Shown: positions 18,400 through 27,868, counted from the stretch's first letter. The stretch: DNA of 64,000 nt from an uncultured archaeon (GCA_938017985.1 CALIKS010000001.1:277348-341347); one strand, 5' to 3'. Notes: a model not told the origin generated them from the letters alone. A program made the numbers and translations.

Positions 18400-21263
18400 A
18401 AATGGTCAACAGGAGAACTGTTCTTAAGGGCTTAACGTTAGCAGGTCTGGGCGCGGTGTCCGTATACGGTTACATGCCGCTTATAGAGAAATTTGCTCTG
18501 CGGGAGTTACAAGAAGGGGAACAGAAAAGTCTCATGGCGAGACCAGCTAAAGAGGAATTCCAAGTGAAATATACTGCTGACGTGATGTGCCCCTCTGAGT
18601 GTGGATTAGAGGTATGGGTGAAAGATGGTGTAGCACATCGCATCTACGGAAACTACGCCTGTCCCTACAATGATGGCGCAATCTGTGGAAAGGGTGCAGC
18701 AGGTCTAGGGCTAGTGTATTCCCCCTACAGGATAAGAAAGCCGATGATAAGAGTTGGTGAGAGAGGCGAGGGCAGATTTAAGGAGGTTAGCTGGGAAGAG
18801 GCCATAGACTATATAGCACGAAAAATGATAGAAATCAAGAAGAAATATGGACCAGAATCTGTCATCGTAGACACTGGTGATGTAACTGACAGAGACCAGT
18901 ATTGGCGTCTCGGATTCGCATTTGGCACACCAAACTGCGTCGAACATGGCGCCATATGTGATACTCCAAGACGCCATGGCCCCAAGCTCATGTTTAACGG
19001 AAAGAGGATAGAGCCTGACATCATGACGCCTAGGCTAGTAAGGCAGCCAGATGGTAGTTTGGCGTGGGACAGAACGCATAGGGCCAAGCTGATTATCTAC
19101 GCTGGATGGAATCCTTTCCTCGCAACAAGGATAAACTGGGAGAGTAGGGGAACTGTAGCGGCTAAGGTTGAGAATGGTTGTAGGGTCATCGTCATAGACC
19201 CCGTGTTCAGCAACACGGCGACCCAAGCGGACATGTGGGTTCCTATAAGGCCGGGAACCTTAGCGGACCTCTTCGCGGCGATGCTGCGCTATATACTCGA
19301 AAACGATGATCCGAAAGACCCCACAAGACGTTACATAGATTGGGATTTCAAGAAGTATTCTATTGGGTGGGAAGACTTCGAGAAGGCGTTCCGAGAATGG
19401 TGGGATAAAACAGATCCCATTAATGGTCTGAAATACTTCACCCTCGAATGGGCTGAGAACCGTACCGACATCCCGAAAGAGAAGATAAAGGAATTAGCTC
19501 ACTTGTTTGGGATAACGAAGCCGGCCGCACTTGTCTGGGGTATGCAGGCTCCTGGACATCATTACAACGGCTATTGCGCCTCGATTCTAGGAACAGTCCT
19601 CAACGTTATTACAGGAAACTTCGACGCACCGGGAGGAGCGATAGATACTGAGATAGTCAAGTCTAGCAAAGGCGGAACAGCTACAGGTAAATGGATGCTG
19701 AGCAAGAAGGTCAAGAGAGTAGTTAATGGTCAGGAAGTAGAGGGAACAGTAGCAGAGCTCCACATGGATCATTATAGTGACTGGCCATCGGCTTGGGACG
19801 ATGTTGTCGGCGACTATCCTAGAAGGTTCCGAGAGGGCGTTACAATCAGATACGGATCATTCCGCGGACACAAGTATCCAATCAAGGCCTACATACTAAG
19901 AACAGGTAACTCTGTTATAACTGCCGGCGCTACATGGGACTGGATAGATGCCCTGACTGCAAAAGAAGGCGGCGAGTACAAGGTAGAGTTGGTGGTTGTC
20001 ATTGATACAATATTTTTGGAGACGGCCCTGTATGCCGATGTTCTCTTGCCCGAGGCAAGCTATCTAGAAAGGATGAGCCTCTCAGATATCTATCCAACAT
20101 ATCCTGTGATTTTCCTTAGGGACGCCGTCATAGAGCCATTGCACGAATCAAAGAAGCCAACTGATATAATGAACATGTTGGCAAAGAGACTGTATGAACT
20201 AGGAGACAGAGACATAAGGCCAGAAGACTTCTGGGAGAAGTACAAAAGCGAGGAAGACTTCGTCAACGAGATGCTTGAAGTAGCCCCGGGAAGGCCCAAC
20301 GTCGGTCAGCCTCTCCCCTACCCGCAGTACCCGGAGGGCTACACAATAATTGGTGACCCCGAGTCTCTTGAAAAGGGCGAGGTCACTATTGACCATGAGA
20401 AAAAGGTGATTAGGGGAAGACCTCTCACCGTGAAATGGTTAAGAGAGCATAAAGGCGTGGCCGTTTGGCCGATGAGCTGGTATCGATATCGGAAATGGGA
20501 TGAGGAGAAGAAAGAATGGGTACCTAACAAGGCTTGGCCTCCAACGGCGAGTAAAATGATAGAGTTCGTCTGGGACTACACTACAACAGATGGGAAGAGA
20601 CAAGGCATGTACTCCTCAGCCAATGCCAGGATCGAAAAGACAGGTGAAATACCGAGAGGACTCCGAGAGATAGGATTCGAGAAGTTCCCAAGGACCTTTT
20701 ACTGGTTCGAAGCAAAGTACAACCCATATACAAATCCGAAAGTCGCATACTTGAAGAATGAGTATCCCTTCATGCTAATAAGCGGTAGAGTGCACCATGC
20801 GATGAGTGGAACCCAAATGGTAGCGGCTCTCGGGCAAAGCCCGGCTGAAGGCACATGGACACCCCTTAATAAAGAAGTTGAAGTCGAGGTGGAGGACTTT
20901 ACGCCCACAGGTGTCATAACCCGTAAAAAGAAATTCCTCGAAGGAGAGTGGGCTGTTGGCACAGTTTGGATAAACAGCGCTGACGCGGCTAAACTAGGTA
21001 TTAAGATGGGAGACCTTGTAAAGGTGGAGAATCACTTGAAAAGGTCCGTCGTAGGCCGTGCATACGTAAGTGAAGCCATTAAACCAGGCGTCGTAAAGAT
21101 AGCTTTTGCAGCTGGCGGAAGATTCAGTCCAGGAATAGGCCCAACCTACGTTCACAAAGATTATACACCTGACTACAATATGCTCGTGATTCCAGACAAT
21201 CTCACACCAATAATGGGACAGCCCGCTTTTACAGCCATTCCTGTAAAGGTAGAAAAACTCTAA
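18396..21263 (+). CDS. molybdopterin (bis-MGD) oxidoreductase catalytic subunit, Psr/Phs/Ttr/Arr clade; substrate not assignable
   Basis: Tat signal MVNRRTVLKGLTLAGLGAV. FS0 region DVMCPSECGLEVWVKDG...AICGKG. Candidate Mo-ligand Cys in VEHGAICDTPRRHG. C-terminal barrel-like WINSADAAKLGIKMGDLVKVEN. Confidence 0.85.
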   Translation: MKMVNRRTVLKGLTLAGLGAVSVYGYMPLIEKFALRELQEGEQKSLMARPAKEEFQVKYTADVMCPSECGLEVWVKDGVAHRIYGNYACPYNDGAICGKGAAGLGLVYSPYRIRKPMIRVGERGEGRFKEVSWEEAIDYIARKMIEIKKKYGPESVIVDTGDVTDRDQYWRLGFAFGTPNCVEHGAICDTPRRHGPKLMFNGKRIEPDIMTPRLVRQPDGSLAWDRTHRAKLIIYAGWNPFLATRINWESRGTVAAKVENGCRVIVIDPVFSNTATQADMWVPIRPGTLADLFAAMLRYILENDDPKDPTRRYIDWDFKKYSIGWEDFEKAFREWWDKTDPINGLKYFTLEWAENRTDIPKEKIKELAHLFGITKPAALVWGMQAPGHHYNGYCASILGTVLNVITGNFDAPGGAIDTEIVKSSKGGTATGKWMLSKKVKRVVNGQEVEGTVAELHMDHYSDWPSAWDDVVGDYPRRFREGVTIRYGSFRGHKYPIKAYILRTGNSVITAGATWDWIDALTAKEGGEYKVELVVVIDTIFLETALYADVLLPEASYLERMSLSDIYPTYPVIFLRDAVIEPLHESKKPTDIMNMLAKRLYELGDRDIRPEDFWEKYKSEEDFVNEMLEVAPGRPNVGQPLPYPQYPEGYTIIGDPESLEKGEVTIDHEKKVIRGRPLTVKWLREHKGVAVWPMSWYRYRKWDEEKKEWVPNKAWPPTASKMIEFVWDYTTTDGKRQGMYSSANARIEKTGEIPRGLREIGFEKFPRTFYWFEAKYNPYTNPKVAYLKNEYPFMLISGRVHHAMSGTQMVAALGQSPAEGTWTPLNKEVEVEVEDFTPTGVITRKKKFLEGEWAVGTVWINSADAAKLGIKMGDLVKVENHLKRSVVGRAYVSEAIKPGVVKIAFAAGGRFSPGIGPTYVHKDYTPDYNMLVIPDNLTPIMGQPAFTAIPVKVEKL

Positions 21264-21284
21264 AATCACCCTATTTTTCTTTTT

Positions 21285-21926
21285 ATGACAAAATCCATGA
21301 ATGATATGCTTGAATGGTTTATGCTAAGAGTGTCAATATATGACTTCTTAAGATGTATATTTCTTTTCGGTCCAAAAACAGAAATTCTAGCATCACTTTA
21401 TAAGACGCAGAAAAATCCCTACACCCAAAAATTATCTGAATATGACATGGCTAAGATAAGTATTTTAGAAGAGGAACATACTCGCATATTCATAAACCCA
21501 GCGACCATGTCGGCCGTACCATACGCCTCACACTACCTTTCTTCAACGGGGCTCTTAATGGGAGATGTGACTTTTTCGCTCAGAAAACGCTACATAGAAC
21601 TGGGATACGTCCTAGATGACAGAACATTTTCAGAAGATCATGTAGGAGTTGAGCTCGAGTTGATTTATCTACTGGCGGCTAAGACAATAAACGCTCTTAA
21701 CGAAGGTGACAATAGTAAACTGAAAGAACTTGTTAAGAATCAACGCGACTTCATAAAGGACCATATGCTGAGGTGGATTCCTGCATTCTGTTCGGCTATC
21801 AAGAACAACACTAGTGAAGATAGTTTTTACTACAACCTAGCTACATTATTAGAGTCATTCTTAAAGGACGACGCGGCAAGGCTCGACCTATTTCTAACCA
21901 AGACTAGAACAATCACATCACTATAG
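21285..21926 (+). CDS. TorD/DmsD-family redox-enzyme maturation chaperone
   Basis: EEEHTRIFINP (E.tRLF.gP-like) and EDHVGVELELIYLL (DHi..EL.fm..L) motifs. Lies immediately downstream of the Tat-exported Mo enzyme. Confidence 0.7.
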   Translation: MTKSMNDMLEWFMLRVSIYDFLRCIFLFGPKTEILASLYKTQKNPYTQKLSEYDMAKISILEEEHTRIFINPATMSAVPYASHYLSSTGLLMGDVTFSLRKRYIELGYVLDDRTFSEDHVGVELELIYLLAAKTINALNEGDNSKLKELVKNQRDFIKDHMLRWIPAFCSAIKNNTSEDSFYYNLATLLESFLKDDAARLDLFLTKTRTITSL

Positions 21927-21983
21927 ACTCAAAGGATTGTTGCATAGCAATGCATATTTGTTTAGGGCGGAGCAGAATGTGCC

Positions 21984-23006
21984 TTACTGTGATGAGATTG
22001 CAGGGACACAGCACAGCGAATAACGCTCAACAAGCCGTCTCCCGATCCATGATAGGGACAACATTACAGGAACCTCAATAAGCGGCCCTATGACTGTGGA
22101 AACAGCTACTAAGGGATAGTCGGCAAAGGCGGTGAGAGCTAGGGCAATGGACAACTCAAAATTTCGCCCGGTTACATGAAATCCAACAGTAACAGACTTG
22201 TTCATTGGCAGCCTCATTCCAAAGCAGGCGAGAAGTGTGCCGACAAAGAATAACGTGAAGAAAAATAGGCTCAATGGCAGAACCATATAACCAATCAGCA
22301 TTGGAGCATTGGAGATGGCCTCACCTTTCAAGGCAAACATCACGACTAAAGTCCCGAGTAAGGCGGCCAGTTGTATCTTCCCGAGGACTGGAGTAAACTG
22401 CATCCGAAACCACTGCTCCCCTCTCACCCTCAAAGCTGCCCGCTGGGTCAGATATGCCGCAATAAGCGGTAGAACAAGATACATGAAGGTACTTTCCAAG
22501 ATCAATCCAGCGGGAACCAGGACCCTTCTCCCAACAAGCAAGTAGATCCAAACAGGGACGGAAACGATTTGGATCAGGCTATTCCAGGCCATAAGACTGA
22601 CGGAGAGCGGATTGTCAGCGCCTCCAAGGTCAGCCCATACAAGAACCATCCCGATGCAGGGCGCTATTCCCAGAAGTATCAGACCAGTCCAGAGGTCGGG
22701 ATAGTTTTGCAGGAAGAGCCAGCCAAAAAGAAATAGTAGCAGAGGATTGACCAGGTAGTTGAGAAGGATTGATAAGAATGCTGGGCCCCCCTCTAACGCG
22801 GAGCGCCGTAGAGCGCGGAAAGGAACTTTAGCAGCTGTTGGGAAAATCATAAGGAAGAGACCCAATGGTATAAGAGGCTCAAGCCTCTCACTCAGGCTGG
22901 GAGCCAGATTGCCCAAAGCAAGACCTGCGCCCATGCATAACAAGATCATAGCGGGGAGTAATTTGTCGATGAGGGAGAGCTGTCCCACTAATCGCTTTTC
23001 ATTCAT
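21984..23006 (-). CDS. acr3: ACR3-family arsenite efflux permease
   Basis: LSLIDKLLPAMILLCMGAGLALG start, 10 TM helices, and the conserved GIAPCIGMVLVWADLGGAD segment with the ACR3 Cys. Confidence 0.85.
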   Translation of the reverse strand: MNEKRLVGQLSLIDKLLPAMILLCMGAGLALGNLAPSLSERLEPLIPLGLFLMIFPTAAKVPFRALRRSALEGGPAFLSILLNYLVNPLLLFLFGWLFLQNYPDLWTGLILLGIAPCIGMVLVWADLGGADNPLSVSLMAWNSLIQIVSVPVWIYLLVGRRVLVPAGLILESTFMYLVLPLIAAYLTQRAALRVRGEQWFRMQFTPVLGKIQLAALLGTLVVMFALKGEAISNAPMLIGYMVLPLSLFFFTLFFVGTLLACFGMRLPMNKSVTVGFHVTGRNFELSIALALTAFADYPLVAVSTVIGPLIEVPVMLSLSWIGRRLVERYSLCCVPAISSQ

Positions 23007-23485
23007 ATGCCCTGCACTCCTTTTCAGTTTGTGATCGTAGGCTTTTAATGGTACGTATATAGATTGTCGAGTGACGAGCCGCGAGGGTATCTTGCTTAAT
23101 CGCTTTACCTTTCATGATCTCTATACTGTCTATATACATGTTTGGTTTCTCTTCTTTCGAACTCTCCATTTTGCTCGTCTCTTTCATCGGACAACTTATC
23201 AAAGAACTCTTCTATTTTAGGCATACTTGCCTCCTCAATTTTCAGACACGAGAGCAAGCACCTAGGCCCTTTCTAATCATGGCTCTGAAGCATTCCGACC
23301 TTGAGGACCCTTTTCTAAGTATATCAACTGAGCTTGTGCACTCCGCTCTATAATTATTACTTGGGAGCTTCATTATTAGGTATACATTATGATAATAGTG
23401 ATCATGTTAATTGGTCGAAATTTAAACCTGTTTAAGGTGTTTTTATATTTAAGCGATAGCTTTCTAATTGTTAGGTGAGTAGTGA

Positions 23486-25273
23486 ATGCCGGAGAAAATC
23501 ATTGGTATCGACTTAGGCACGAGTAATTCTGCTGCTGCCGTAGTGATCGGCGGAAGGCCTACTATAATTCCTAGTATCGAGGGGGTAACCATGTATGGCA
23601 AGGCTTTTCCATCATATGTCGCATTTACTAAGGATGGACAGCTATTGGTAGGAGAGCCAGCCAGAAGACAAATGTTGACTAATCCGGAAGGGACTGTAAC
23701 TGGATTTAAAAGAAAAATGGGGACGGATTATAAATATAAAATACATGGAAAAGAATTCACACCTCAGCAACTCTCTGCTTTTCTACTGCAAAAGATAAAA
23801 AGAGACGCAGAGGCTTTCCTCGGAGAAGAGGTGAAAAAAGCAGTCATCACAGTTCCAGCATATTTTAACGATAATCAGAGACAGGCAACTAAGGATGCAG
23901 CAGCCATCGCTGGACTGGAAGTCGCTAGAATTATTAATGAGCCTACAGCTGCAGCACTGGCCTATGGGTTAGATAAGCTTGAAAAAGAGATGAGAATACT
24001 TGTATTCGACTTTGGCGGTGGTACACTTGATGTAACTATAATGGAATTTGGTGGAGGTGTGTTTGAAGTTAAGGCTACTTCTGGAGACACACAGCTAGGT
24101 GGACGCGATATGGATGACGCAATTGTTAATTACATAGTTCAAAAATTTAAAGAGGAAACAAATATAGATCTGACTAAGGACCCAGCAGCTATGAACAGGA
24201 TAAGGGAAGCCGCTGAAAAGGCGAAAATTGAACTTTCATCTGTACTAGAGACTGAAATTAACCTCCCCTTCATCGCTTATGATAGTTCTGGACCAAGGCA
24301 TCTCACAATGACCCTGACGAGGGCGAAACTCGAGGAGCTTGTTTCTCCAATTATCGAGCGTTGTCGGGGGCCAGTTATGCAAGCACTCAGCGACGCCAAG
24401 CTAAAACCCGAAGATATTGATAAGATAATTTTAGTGGGCGGGCCGACAAGAATGCCAATCATAAGGGAATTCATCAAGAAAACGCTTGGAAAAGAGCCAG
24501 AGAGAGGAGTTGACCCAATGGAGTGCGTTGCTATGGGAGCCGCAATTCAGGCAGCAATACTCTCGGGTGAGTTGAAAGGTAAAGACATAGTTTTACTAGA
24601 CGTGACACCACTCACACTTGGTGTTGAAGTATTAGGAGGACTCGTAGAACCAATAATTGAACGCAATACAACCATACCCGTAAGACGAAGCAAGATATTT
24701 ACCACCGCATCTGACTTCCAAACAGCGGTGGATATTCACGTTGTTCAAGGAGAGAGACCAATGGCCGCTGATAACGTCTCTCTGGGAAGGTTTACTCTCT
24801 CCGGTATACCGCCCGCTCCTAGAGGTGTACCAAAAATAGAGGTAACTTTTGACATAAACGCAGACGGTATTCTAACGGTGACAGCAAAAGACCTAGGAAC
24901 TAATAAGGAGATGAGCGTTAAGATAACTGCTCCGCATAGGCTCTCCAAAGATGAGATAGACCGAATGATAAAAGAAGCTGAAAAATATGCAGAAGAGGAT
25001 AGACGAAAGAAAGAAGAAGCAATCCTCATAAATGATGCTGAATCATTGATATATAGTGTTGAGAAAGCTTTAAGCGATTTTGGTGATAAAATAACGCAAG
25101 AAACAAAGCAGAAGATCGAAGAGTCATTAAAATCCCTTAAAGATGCAATTTCTAAGAGAGACGTCCAGACAATTAAGAATAAGATGGAAGAATTGAGAAA
25201 AGCCGCTCAAGAAATAGGTGCCGTAATATATCAGCAAGCTCAGTCAACTCCTAAAGAGACTGAAAAGAAATGA
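23486..25273 (+). CDS. dnaK: chaperone DnaK (Hsp70)
   Basis: [79 protein letters not shown]. Confidence 0.95.
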   Translation: MPEKIIGIDLGTSNSAAAVVIGGRPTIIPSIEGVTMYGKAFPSYVAFTKDGQLLVGEPARRQMLTNPEGTVTGFKRKMGTDYKYKIHGKEFTPQQLSAFLLQKIKRDAEAFLGEEVKKAVITVPAYFNDNQRQATKDAAAIAGLEVARIINEPTAAALAYGLDKLEKEMRILVFDFGGGTLDVTIMEFGGGVFEVKATSGDTQLGGRDMDDAIVNYIVQKFKEETNIDLTKDPAAMNRIREAAEKAKIELSSVLETEINLPFIAYDSSGPRHLTMTLTRAKLEELVSPIIERCRGPVMQALSDAKLKPEDIDKIILVGGPTRMPIIREFIKKTLGKEPERGVDPMECVAMGAAIQAAILSGELKGKDIVLLDVTPLTLGVEVLGGLVEPIIERNTTIPVRRSKIFTTASDFQTAVDIHVVQGERPMAADNVSLGRFTLSGIPPAPRGVPKIEVTFDINADGILTVTAKDLGTNKEMSVKITAPHRLSKDEIDRMIKEAEKYAEEDRRKKEEAILINDAESLIYSVEKALSDFGDKITQETKQKIEESLKSLKDAISKRDVQTIKNKMEELRKAAQEIGAVIYQQAQSTPKETEKK

Positions 25274-25307
25274 TGGAAAGACTCATCACTAGACAGGCTG
25301 CTTCTTC

Positions 25308-25694
25308 TTGACTCAGAAACATAAACTCCAGATTAAAATAGGATTCGAAGTTGAGGGGAAAAACATCAGTAGAGGAGAGCTTAAGAGATATCTAGCACCT
25401 ATCACATTTGACGAAATTATACATAAATTACCAATCGATGGCGTAGCCTCAATAAGAGAAAATATATTGCAAATTAACGTTAATATCGAAATAATCAGGG
25501 GCGCTGAAAAACCCGCCATAAAAATTAATCAAGGAGATATTCTATTTTGGCCTCCAAATAATTCTATAATCATAGCACTGCAAAGTGGGCCAGCATTGCC
25601 ACAATCTGTGAAAATAGGCACCATCGATGAGGGATTATCACAACTTAGCCATATAGATCAAGGTGCAAGAATAAGAATCAAGCCATTAGAGTAA
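25308..25694 (+). CDS. cyclophilin-like-fold protein (TM1367/PF04126-like), function unknown
   Basis: 128 aa, TTG start. GDILFWPPNNSIIIAL resembles the GDiayW.PgnalciFf signature of the cyclophilin-like family. Confidence 0.45.
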   Translation: MTQKHKLQIKIGFEVEGKNISRGELKRYLAPITFDEIIHKLPIDGVASIRENILQINVNIEIIRGAEKPAIKINQGDILFWPPNNSIIIALQSGPALPQSVKIGTIDEGLSQLSHIDQGARIRIKPLE

Positions 25695-25699
25695 ATACA

Positions 25700-26098
25700 C
25701 TACTTTTTCTTTTTTCCTTTACCTTTTTGAGCCTTCTTTTCCTTCGACACTATCTCCTCAACATGGACCGGCTCTTCTTCAGTTGCTTTCTTTACTGGTT
25801 GGCCTGCCCGCTTTGCCGAGGCTGGAACCTGAGGAGCGACTGGAGCGTAAATTCTGACTCTATTAGTGCCCGTTACGAGATTTATTATGCCTTTTCTGGC
25901 CAACGTAGTTAGTAAATCCTTTGCAATCGATAATCTTAAACCATATCTTTCAGATAAGACATACGGAGTTATGTATTGCTGAGTTCTGACGAACGCTTCT
26001 ATTTCCGATAAGGATGGCGGTATAATACTCCCGATTCTCTTCTCAGGGCCTTTAGATTTTCCTGAATCTTTCTTTGCTGGCTTCTTAGCGCTCAACAA
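25700..26098 (-). CDS. rps25e: 30S ribosomal protein S25e with Lys-rich termini
   Basis: Core ITPYVLSERYGLRLSIAKDLLTTLARKGIINLV...RIYAP matches the S25e winged helix. Basic tails. Confidence 0.8.
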   Translation of the reverse strand: MLSAKKPAKKDSGKSKGPEKRIGSIIPPSLSEIEAFVRTQQYITPYVLSERYGLRLSIAKDLLTTLARKGIINLVTGTNRVRIYAPVAPQVPASAKRAGQPVKKATEEEPVHVEEIVSKEKKAQKGKGKKKK

Positions 26099-26133
26099 AT
26101 ATTATCGAATATAGATATTATTTAAAGTTACTT

Positions 26134-26934
26134 TTGATCATCATTGTAGTAGAAATGCAAGGTAGGTACAAGATTATAGGCAATGTTGCATTAGTCAGGC
26201 TCGATGTAAACAAAACAATTACTGAGAAAACAATCCAAGATATAATTTCAAAAAATCCAAACTTAATAGCAGTTCTAGGGTACAGGGGAATACGTGGAGA
26301 ATATAGGACACCAGTTGTCGAGATACTGTGGGGCAAATTACCCGACGAAATAATGCATACTGAGTACGGAGTACACTATTACTTAGACCCATCTAGGTTG
26401 ATGTTTAGCTTAGGCAATCTTTACGAACGGTTAAGAATGGCAAGTGTGGTAAGAAGCTGGGAAGTAGTAGTAGACATGTTTGCAGGAGTAGGCCAATTTA
26501 CAATTCCAATAGCTGTACACGCAAGACCAAAAATAATTCATGCAATTGAGATTAATCCAATAGCATTTGATTACCTATTGAAGAATATTAATATCAATGG
26601 TGTAGAGAATATAGTAACTACTTACTTGTCTGACTGTAGAGAGATTACTAAAAAAATTGAAAAATCAGCTGATAGAGTCATCATGGGATACCTTCATGAT
26701 ACTATTGAATTCCTTCCCTACGCATTACAATGTATTAGTAAATCCGGCGGAGTCATTCATCTGCATCAACTTGTTCGAAAAGATGAGAAAGAAGAACTGA
26801 TACAAAGGATAATCAATCTAAATTCAACTTATGGATTTACTACACATATATTGAAAAGCAGGGTTGTCAAGACCTATTCAGCAAATAAAATTCATCTTGT
26901 TGTTGATTTGTATGTAGTTAGTCAGGTAAATTAG
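26134..26934 (+). CDS. trm5: tRNA (guanine37-N1)-methyltransferase, Trm5/Taw22 (Met-10+) family
   Basis: VVDMFAGVGQFTIPIAVHA...IHAIEINPIAFDYLLKNININGV...SDCRE. SAM-binding and NPPY-like context typical of Trm5. Confidence 0.8.
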   Translation: MIIIVVEMQGRYKIIGNVALVRLDVNKTITEKTIQDIISKNPNLIAVLGYRGIRGEYRTPVVEILWGKLPDEIMHTEYGVHYYLDPSRLMFSLGNLYERLRMASVVRSWEVVVDMFAGVGQFTIPIAVHARPKIIHAIEINPIAFDYLLKNININGVENIVTTYLSDCREITKKIEKSADRVIMGYLHDTIEFLPYALQCISKSGGVIHLHQLVRKDEKEELIQRIINLNSTYGFTTHILKSRVVKTYSANKIHLVVDLYVVSQVN

Positions 26935-27868
26935 TAGAGGATGAACAATAGTTACTTAAAAATCTCAACATCTTTTGAATTTGCTCTATAAATATTATCA
27001 ATTTTGATTTAATTTTACTATCGATACTAGTCATGTCTATGTTATCCTTTATTGATTGTAGTTCTCCCAAAATTATAGCCAAAGATTCATTAATATTCGT
27101 TTTTCCGAAGTCGAGGAACAATGGGGGTAATTTATTAATAACGATGCCAATATCTCTTAGTAAACTAATTACCTCATGCGAATTTGACTTAATCTCTTGC
27201 ATAAGATTTGTTATATCACTGATTGACTCCGCGATGTCGACAGTCGATAGAGCAATTACGGCCAATCCATAGATTTTCATTAAAGATATCTCTGATTTTG
27301 GTTGAATTATCGATTTTGATATAATCCTTGAAAGAATTAAAGAATAACCCAAACACTCATCAACATTCAACGATAAGTCTGAATTCTCACTTCTAAGTTC
27401 TAAGTATTTCGAGATCTCATTAAGACCTCTTACGATTGCCTGAATAAATGCCTTCAAACTTTGGGTAAAGTCTCTGTAAGATAATTCCGCAAATTCAATT
27501 TTTATTTTATCATCATCTTCATGTGAAATTATCATTCCTGGTATGTTCATTCTTAATTGTCTTAGCGTGTTTCTGCAACTATGTGTGAGCCCGCCTTCTT
27601 TGATAATGTTTATTTCGTCAAGCCCGGATAAGTAGGACCACTTAATTATTTCCTTGAGCTGATCAGCATCTATCCTAGCAATATTAATCGTATGGCTCCT
27701 TCGTATTTGTTTATTTGCAGGAATTATTCTTATAATGTAGGGTTCGACCGCCAGGAGTACAGATGAGCCTTTTTCTAGACCACTCTCCTCTACCCAGTCC
27801 TTGGGTAGTGTAATGATGTATGAACTGCCCCTGAGCTGCTGTATATTTCTCTCTAATAGTTTAGGCAT
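26918..27868 (-). CDS. AbrB/SpoVT-domain protein with a PhoU-like helical domain (archaeal PhoU-type regulator)
   Basis: N-terminal SYIITLPKDWVEESGLEKGSSVLL (swapped-hairpin AbrB motif) followed by a long all-helical region. Assignment by architecture only. Confidence 0.45.
   Translation of the reverse strand: MPKLLERNIQQLRGSSYIITLPKDWVEESGLEKGSSVLLAVEPYIIRIIPANKQIRRSHTINIARIDADQLKEIIKWSYLSGLDEINIIKEGGLTHSCRNTLRQLRMNIPGMIISHEDDDKIKIEFAELSYRDFTQSLKAFIQAIVRGLNEISKYLELRSENSDLSLNVDECLGYSLILSRIISKSIIQPKSEISLMKIYGLAVIALSTVDIAESISDITNLMQEIKSNSHEVISLLRDIGIVINKLPPLFLDFGKTNINESLAIILGELQSIKDNIDMTSIDSKIKSKLIIFIEQIQKMLRFLSNYCSSSTNLPD

Noticed and set aside
21927-21983. Short hairpin TGCAT-AGCA-ATGCA between the convergent TorD-like and acr3 genes, a possible bidirectional terminator
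   Set aside because: The stem is only 5 bp. Archaeal termination mainly uses T-tracts, so the evidence is insufficient.
16153-23350. tRNA-Ser-linked integrative element with att repeats
   Set aside because: No integrase, transposase or plasmid/virus gene is present. I could not find a copy of any tRNA-Ser segment at the far boundary (23.0-23.5 kb). The block also lies on the 5' side of the tRNA rather than the usual 3' side. Only the compositional anomaly is reported.
23114-23353. 79-aa plus-strand ORF in the acr3-dnaK spacer
   Set aside because: It has no start context and a hydrophobic/low-complexity translation. It also overlaps the more plausible minus-strand leader ORFs, so it is probably non-coding promoter DNA.
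25240-25292. GTGATGA on the minus strand just after the dnaK stop, a possible C box
   Set aside because: The downstream sequence runs into the dnaK coding region, lacks a D' at 12 nt and has no convincing C'/D arrangement.
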